IMG/VR virus record: IMGVR_UViG_3300023174_005819
Location: 1 to 64,000 of that record
Source of the DNA: a virus
DNA length: 64,000 bases
Reading direction: 5' to 3' (one strand)
Made by a program: the position numbers and the translations under genes
Part shown: one piece after another, positions 59,182 through 64,000 of the stretch
Layout of the letters: the number at the start of each line of letters is the position of its first letter
Position numbering within the stretch: position 1 is the stretch's first letter
The notes under the pieces: model-generated
The model's input: only the letters and a program-made list of their open reading frames with translations
What the model was told of the DNA's origin: nothing
The model's database searches: none

Positions 59182-60333
59182 ATGAGACTTCTTGATACAT
59201 ATGCAACAAATACTGGTTCAAAAATTGATCGACCTTTTATTTATACTAAATTTTTCCCATTACCTTTAGATAGATATATAACACTTCAAGCTCAAACTCC
59301 ATATGATTCAAGGAATTATTCTTATTGGCAAGAAGTTATAGATATATTACTTCCATATTTATCTAAAGAAAAAATACATCTTGTTCAAGTTGGGACTAAA
59401 GATGAAAGACCATTAAATGGAGCTATTAATTTATTAGGGCAAACTAATATAAATCAATTAGCATATGTAATAGAAAACTCTACTTTACATTTTGGAGCAG
59501 ATAGTCTTTGTGTTCATTTAGCTTCATATTTTGATAAACCCATAGTTTCAATTTATAGCATAAGTAATCCAAATGTAGCTGGTCCGCATTTTGGAGATAA
59601 AAATAAACATATTCTATTAAAAGGATATGAGAGAATAGGAAATAAAAAACCATCCTATTCTCAAGTAGAATCGCCAAAATCTATTGATACAATTAAACCA
59701 GAAGAAATTGCTAAATCAATTCTACAACTTTTACATATAAAATATAATAATATACCAGAGACTATATTTTTTGGAACAGACTTTAATGTTAAAAGTTTCG
59801 AGATTATTCCAGATGAAATTTTAGACCCAAATTCAATACCAGTAGAAAATCCAATCATAAGAATGGATTATAGTTTCAATGAAAAAGCTTTAGAAGTTAT
59901 AATCTCTACAAAGAAAAGTATAGTATTTACAAATAAACCAATTAAAAAAGATATAATTGAAAAATATAAGCATAATATCAATCAATTAATTTATATAATT
60001 GAAGAAGATAATAGCGTTGATTTTGTTAAATTGCTAAAGAATAATTCCATAAATTATGTGCTTTTATCATTTTTACCAGAAGAAATTTTAAATAATTTTA
60101 AATTAGATTATATGGATTATAATTTAATTGTTAATAGGAAACATAAAACTAAAGAAGATACAAAAATAGAAGATACAAATAATCTTTGTTACAAATCTTG
60201 TAGAACACTATTTTCATCAAAAGGTAAATTTACGTCAAGATACGATTGGATTAATGGTAATGGGAATAAAGTAGTAGATCATCCAAATTTTTGGAAAGAA
60301 GCTGATAATTTTTACATTTTTAAGTTGACTTAA
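59182..60333 (+). CDS. GT9 (heptosyltransferase-like) glycosyltransferase
   Basis: VQVG, NLLGQTNINQLAYVI, HFGADSLCVHLASYFDKPIVSIY. Confidence 0.75.
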   Translation: MRLLDTYATNTGSKIDRPFIYTKFFPLPLDRYITLQAQTPYDSRNYSYWQEVIDILLPYLSKEKIHLVQVGTKDERPLNGAINLLGQTNINQLAYVIENSTLHFGADSLCVHLASYFDKPIVSIYSISNPNVAGPHFGDKNKHILLKGYERIGNKKPSYSQVESPKSIDTIKPEEIAKSILQLLHIKYNNIPETIFFGTDFNVKSFEIIPDEILDPNSIPVENPIIRMDYSFNEKALEVIISTKKSIVFTNKPIKKDIIEKYKHNINQLIYIIEEDNSVDFVKLLKNNSINYVLLSFLPEEILNNFKLDYMDYNLIVNRKHKTKEDTKIEDTNNLCYKSCRTLFSSKGKFTSRYDWINGNGNKVVDHPNFWKEADNFYIFKLT

Positions 60334-60353
60334 AATATAATTTACAGTATCAT
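60325..60353 (+). promoter_or_regulatory. sigma70-type promoter (near-leaderless)
   Basis: TTGACT (60325-60330), 17 nt, TATCAT (60348-60353), 6 nt, ATG. Confidence 0.7.
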
Positions 60354-60359
60354 TCTTAA

Positions 60360-61172
60360 ATGAGTCCAAAAATAAAATCAGAAGAAAATACAATTTCAAT
60401 TGGTAGTTCAGAGCTATTTGAACCAGTAACAGTAGTTGATTCAGAGAATAAATCAACATCTCCTCAAGTAACTCCTCCAAATATAATAACAAGAAACCAA
60501 TATGGACTTATCGAAGATAAAACTCTTAATTATATATTTAATGATGATGGAACTATTAATTGGCGTAAAATGGTTAAAACTGAACATCTTGTACCTAATA
60601 GACAAAAGACTCAAGAAACAGATGTTTCAAAGCTTCAAGATAAAGATCTTCTTATACTTTTAGGTGGAATTAAAGAGTTAGCTCAAATCAGAGGATATAC
60701 TAGTGTTGAATATAAAGTAGTTGCAGCTTCTGAAAATTATTTTGCAACAAGCTGTAGAATCACTTGGCTACCAAATTATGAAACTGGTGGAAGAGAAGTA
60801 GTTTTTGAATCTCTTGCTGACGCTACTTTAAATAATACAAAGAGTTTCGCCAGATTCTTCTTGGCTGCGATTGCTGAGAATAGAGCGTTTGTTCGCTGTG
60901 TACGCAATTTCTTAAAGATTAATATTGTTTCTCAAGAAGAGCTTGGCGATGCAAAACTTCTTGATGATTCTTCTTCTGTAAATGAAAATCCAACTTCTCC
61001 ACAATCATTACTTGAAAAAGTCATGAAAGAAAAGAATGTTAATTTTGAAGCACTAAAGAAAAGATTAATTAAAGATAATTTTGATAATGCAGAAAATTTA
61101 AATTCTATATCAGATATACCTAAAGTTAAATTATTTGAACTAATAGATAGAATCAAAAAGATTAAAGATTAA
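60360..61172 (+). CDS. putative single-strand annealing protein (Rad52/Sak-like)
   Basis: GGIKELAQIRG...AIAENRAFVRCVRNFL resembles the Rad52-superfamily core helix. Confidence 0.55.
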   Translation: MSPKIKSEENTISIGSSELFEPVTVVDSENKSTSPQVTPPNIITRNQYGLIEDKTLNYIFNDDGTINWRKMVKTEHLVPNRQKTQETDVSKLQDKDLLILLGGIKELAQIRGYTSVEYKVVAASENYFATSCRITWLPNYETGGREVVFESLADATLNNTKSFARFFLAAIAENRAFVRCVRNFLKINIVSQEELGDAKLLDDSSSVNENPTSPQSLLEKVMKEKNVNFEALKKRLIKDNFDNAENLNSISDIPKVKLFELIDRIKKIKD

Positions 61173-61465
61173 TAATCTTTATACTTTATTAATTGATTTC
61201 TAACAAAATAAAGATTAATAAAAAATCCACAAAAAGCACTAAATATATTACTCAAATAAGGATGTGTTAGTCCATAAAATGGATTAATAAAAAAACTTAT
61301 AAATAAAGATATCCAAAAACTAGAACATTCATGACACAATAATAGTCGATTTATATATGGTATTCTTGCTATTAAATTTCTAAATGGTCTAGTTATTTCA
61401 GTATCGCTCCAAGCGAAACAAACTCCTAAACAGACAAATAGATAAATAAAAAAACAGTAAAACAT
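61169..61465 (-). CDS. DUF1360-like membrane protein
   Basis: PFR...LLLCHECSSFWIS (CxxC-W) flanked by TM segments. Confidence 0.6.
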   Translation of the reverse strand: MFYCFFIYLFVCLGVCFAWSDTEITRPFRNLIARIPYINRLLLCHECSSFWISLFISFFINPFYGLTHPYLSNIFSAFCGFFINLYFVRNQLIKYKDY

Positions 61466-61471
61466 TTTTAA

Positions 61472-61753
61472 TTATTTAATTCGTGAATTCAAAAAATTCT
61501 CAAGAGTAATTAACATTTTCTTTGTTGTTTCATCACTAAAAAGATTATTGAAGTAATCAGTTTCTGCGTCAAATTTAGATATTAAATATGATATAACTCT
61601 TTTAACGCATGGACAACTTACATTACGCTTTGCTACAGTTAAATCAGCTAAAATTTCTGGAAATTTATCTTTTAAAGAATTAAAAATTTTAGGATTTTGC
61701 AATATACCATTTAAATATAAATTAGAACTAATATATTTTTTAAATTCCGACAT
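61472..61753 (-). CDS. hypothetical protein
   Basis: 93-aa ORF containing NVSCPC. Confidence 0.55.
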   Translation of the reverse strand: MSEFKKYISSNLYLNGILQNPKIFNSLKDKFPEILADLTVAKRNVSCPCVKRVISYLISKFDAETDYFNNLFSDETTKKMLITLENFLNSRIK

Positions 61754-61793
61754 ATATAGAATTATATATTATTTACAGTATTATTTCAATATT

Positions 61794-62603
61794 TTATCTT
61801 TCACCACTTAATATATATGTTTGAAAAGCTAAACTTAATTTGGCATCATCAGAAATACTATAATTTAATTGAGTTTGATTATTTATTAAATTAGATAAGT
61901 TAAATGATAATAAAGATTCATCTGTTTTATATTTTTTAAAAGAAATATTTAAATTTCTTTGAGTGATTCCAGTTAATATATTAGTTACTTTTTCTTGAGT
62001 ATAATTACTCATAGAAAATTCAAAATTTAAAGATATTGATATTGGATATTTTATAATTACATTATCTGGAAGATAATTACCAACAGTATAAACTGCTTCT
62101 CTTGGAATATTTATATTTAATTGAAAATTTTGCAATCTATTTTCATTAGCTTCTTTTAAATTTAAATCAACGTAACAATTATCTCCTATATTGAAATTAT
62201 TTAAAACTTTTGGCGTATAATTGAAAACTCCAGTTTCATTTCCTAATTCTCCTAAAATCAAATTTTTAACATTAACAATTGGATACTGATCTAAAGAGTA
62301 AGATATACTATAATTTGTTAAATAACCACTAGAAAATTTAAAATAATTATTGCCATATTCAAGTTTACCACCAAATGGTCTAGACCCAGTATAGCCTATA
62401 AACCTATCATTAGAGCTTAATATATAATTTAAATCAAGATTCGCAACAACTGGAGCAGTTACCAAATAATTTATATTCTGGTCATTTATAGCTAAAGATG
62501 GATTAATATTATTATTATAATTAATATTTAAACTCTGCACTCCAGATATCAAAGAATCATTTAGATAAAAGTTTTGATTTTCTATAGAATATACATTAAA
62601 CAT
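61794..62603 (-). CDS. putative virion/tail structural protein
   Basis: Beta-rich (ISGVQSLNINY, YLTNYSISY, LQNFQLNI); GTGTAA motif upstream; next to the tail-tip genes. Confidence 0.5.
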   Translation of the reverse strand: MFNVYSIENQNFYLNDSLISGVQSLNINYNNNINPSLAINDQNINYLVTAPVVANLDLNYILSSNDRFIGYTGSRPFGGKLEYGNNYFKFSSGYLTNYSISYSLDQYPIVNVKNLILGELGNETGVFNYTPKVLNNFNIGDNCYVDLNLKEANENRLQNFQLNINIPREAVYTVGNYLPDNVIIKYPISISLNFEFSMSNYTQEKVTNILTGITQRNLNISFKKYKTDESLLSFNLSNLINNQTQLNYSISDDAKLSLAFQTYILSGER

Positions 62604-62612
62604 TAACTATAA

Positions 62613-62633
62613 TTACACTACTTTTAAGTGTAA
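62613..62633. promoter_or_regulatory. back-to-back GTGTAA motifs (putative divergent late promoters)
   Basis: TTACAC (62613-62618) and GTGTAA (62628-62633) between divergent structural genes. Confidence 0.55.
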
Positions 62634-62654
62634 AATATAAGAGGTAAAAGGTAT

Positions 62655-63197
62655 ATGGCTAGCATTTACGATATAGTTCCTAGTTGGAACGCTGGAAGTA
62701 CTTATAATAAGTATAATATAGTACTAGGATCTGATAATAAATATTATTATTCAATTATAGATTCCAATATTAATCAAAATCCAATAGATCCATTAAATCT
62801 TCAAGTTGAGTGGGATGGATACATAATTATAAATGGTAATTTAACTCCTAACTTTTTTTGGAAACCTTCTTATAATATAGAAGCAATTTCTAAACCAAGA
62901 GTTAAAATAAATCAATTTGGAAATGGTTATCAACAAAGAATATCTGATGGAATAAATATTAATTTAATTGAATTTAATATTATTTTCGAAAATAGGTCAG
63001 AATTAGAAACTGTTTCAATACTTCATTTTTTACAACAAATGAATACAAAACAAAGTTTTATATATAATTTACCAACAATTTACTCAAAATCAACTTCTAA
63101 TTTAAACACAATGTTTATATGTCCAGAATGGAGCGCCAGTTTTATTTCTTACAATAATTATTCTATAAAAGCCAATTTCACAGAAGTTCCAAAATAA
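62655..63197 (+). CDS. minor tail protein (lambda gpM-like) with an N-terminal extension
   Basis: FFWKPSY...PRVKINQFGNGYQQRISDGIN...F.CPEW...ANFTEV. Confidence 0.75.
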   Translation: MASIYDIVPSWNAGSTYNKYNIVLGSDNKYYYSIIDSNINQNPIDPLNLQVEWDGYIIINGNLTPNFFWKPSYNIEAISKPRVKINQFGNGYQQRISDGININLIEFNIIFENRSELETVSILHFLQQMNTKQSFIYNLPTIYSKSTSNLNTMFICPEWSASFISYNNYSIKANFTEVPK

Positions 63198-63198
63198 T

Positions 63199-64000
63199 AT
63201 GCCAACATCTTCAGAAACATATAATTTAATTGTAAGTGGAGCAAAAGATATTAATGCAGAGTTAAGTTCTCTTACTCCATCTTCTCCATTACAATTTTAT
63301 GAAATAGATTTATCAGAAGTTTCTCCTATAACAATAAATTTTGATTATAATGGACAACAACCGATGAATCGTGGAATTTTACGTATTTATAATGATTATA
63401 ATTTATTTAAAATAACATCCGATTCTTATGGAAGAATAAAATGGCAAAATAATTTTTACTATCCATTTCCTATATTTTCAGAAGGATTTGAATATACTTC
63501 AGCAGGAACACTTCCTACTCCAAAAGTTTCTATATCAAACCTTTCTCCAGATTATTCTAATAATTCATTTTATAATTATATCAGAATGCAAATGCAGTCT
63601 TTGGGTGATATAGTTGGAGCAAAATTTACAAGAATTAAAACTTTTTTAAAATATTTAGACGGATCAAATTTTTCTCAAGGTTACAATCCATATATGACAA
63701 ACTCTGGAATATATGAAATGGAACTTCCAAGAGATATTTATTATATAGATAGAAAAACAATAGAAAATAAATCAATAGTAGAATATCAATTAAATACAAT
63801 TTTAGATTTAGAAAATTTAGTTTTACCAGGAAGAACGATTTTAGCCAAAAAATGTCCTTTTCAGTATAGAGGAGAAGGATGTTGTTATGAATATAATAGT
63901 AGATTAACATATTTACATAGTGGAATTTATGCTAATATACAAAATTCTCCTATAACAGTCAAAGCTCTTCAAACCGCACCACCCGTAGCTAGTGAAAATG
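63199..64000 (+). CDS. minor tail protein L (lambda gpL-like); runs off the right edge of the window
   Basis: Hand-translated MPTSSETYN...LQFYEIDLS...YPFPI..EGFE...GTLPTPKVSI...RIKTFLKYLD...LPGRTILAKKCPFQYRGEGCCY. Confidence 0.8.
   Translation, partial: MPTSSETYNLIVSGAKDINAELSSLTPSSPLQFYEIDLSEVSPITINFDYNGQQPMNRGILRIYNDYNLFKITSDSYGRIKWQNNFYYPFPIFSEGFEYTSAGTLPTPKVSISNLSPDYSNNSFYNYIRMQMQSLGDIVGAKFTRIKTFLKYLDGSNFSQGYNPYMTNSGIYEMELPRDIYYIDRKTIENKSIVEYQLNTILDLENLVLPGRTILAKKCPFQYRGEGCCYEYNSRLTYLHSGIYANIQNSPITVKALQTAPPVASEN

Noticed and set aside
63635-63910. 91-aa minus-strand ORF
   Set aside because: Antisense shadow of the gpL-like tail gene.
1-64000. Stop-codon reassignment, or inteins/introns in RNR, DnaB, RecA or DnaE
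   Set aside because: Core genes are full length in the standard code, all three stop codons end genes, no suppressor tRNA is present, and protein sizes leave no room for insertions.

Overview
A very AT-rich 64-kb piece of a large tailed dsDNA bacteriophage genome that reads in the standard code. No integrase, host housekeeping genes or CRISPR array were seen. The left arm (1-23.1 kb, mostly minus strand) carries rIIA, ATP-dependent DNA ligase, glycosyltransferases, UvsE, three tRNAs, PurA, class Ia RNR, a phage sigma factor, dNMP kinase, dCMP deaminase and an IMPDH/GMP-reductase-family enzyme. At the strand switch (~23.1-24.0 kb), two back-to-back sigma70-type promoters drive a tmRNA with a long non-canonical tag (plus strand) and an ORF-free, highly structured ~350-nt candidate ncRNA that I cannot assign to a known class (minus strand). 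The right arm holds a ~20-kb glycan-biosynthesis cluster, a replication/recombination block (RecA, DnaB, ThyX, primase, PD-(D/E)XK nuclease, split DnaE, SSB/SSAP candidates, embedded glycosyltransferases) and the start of a lambda-like tail-tip module. Other notable signals are a rare tRNA-Ser with an ACU anticodon, a 29-bp element present as three tandem copies plus one distant copy, widespread near-leaderless sigma70 promoters, and a second promoter-like motif (GTGTAA) before putative late genes. All protein calls come from motif recognition by eye; no searches were run.
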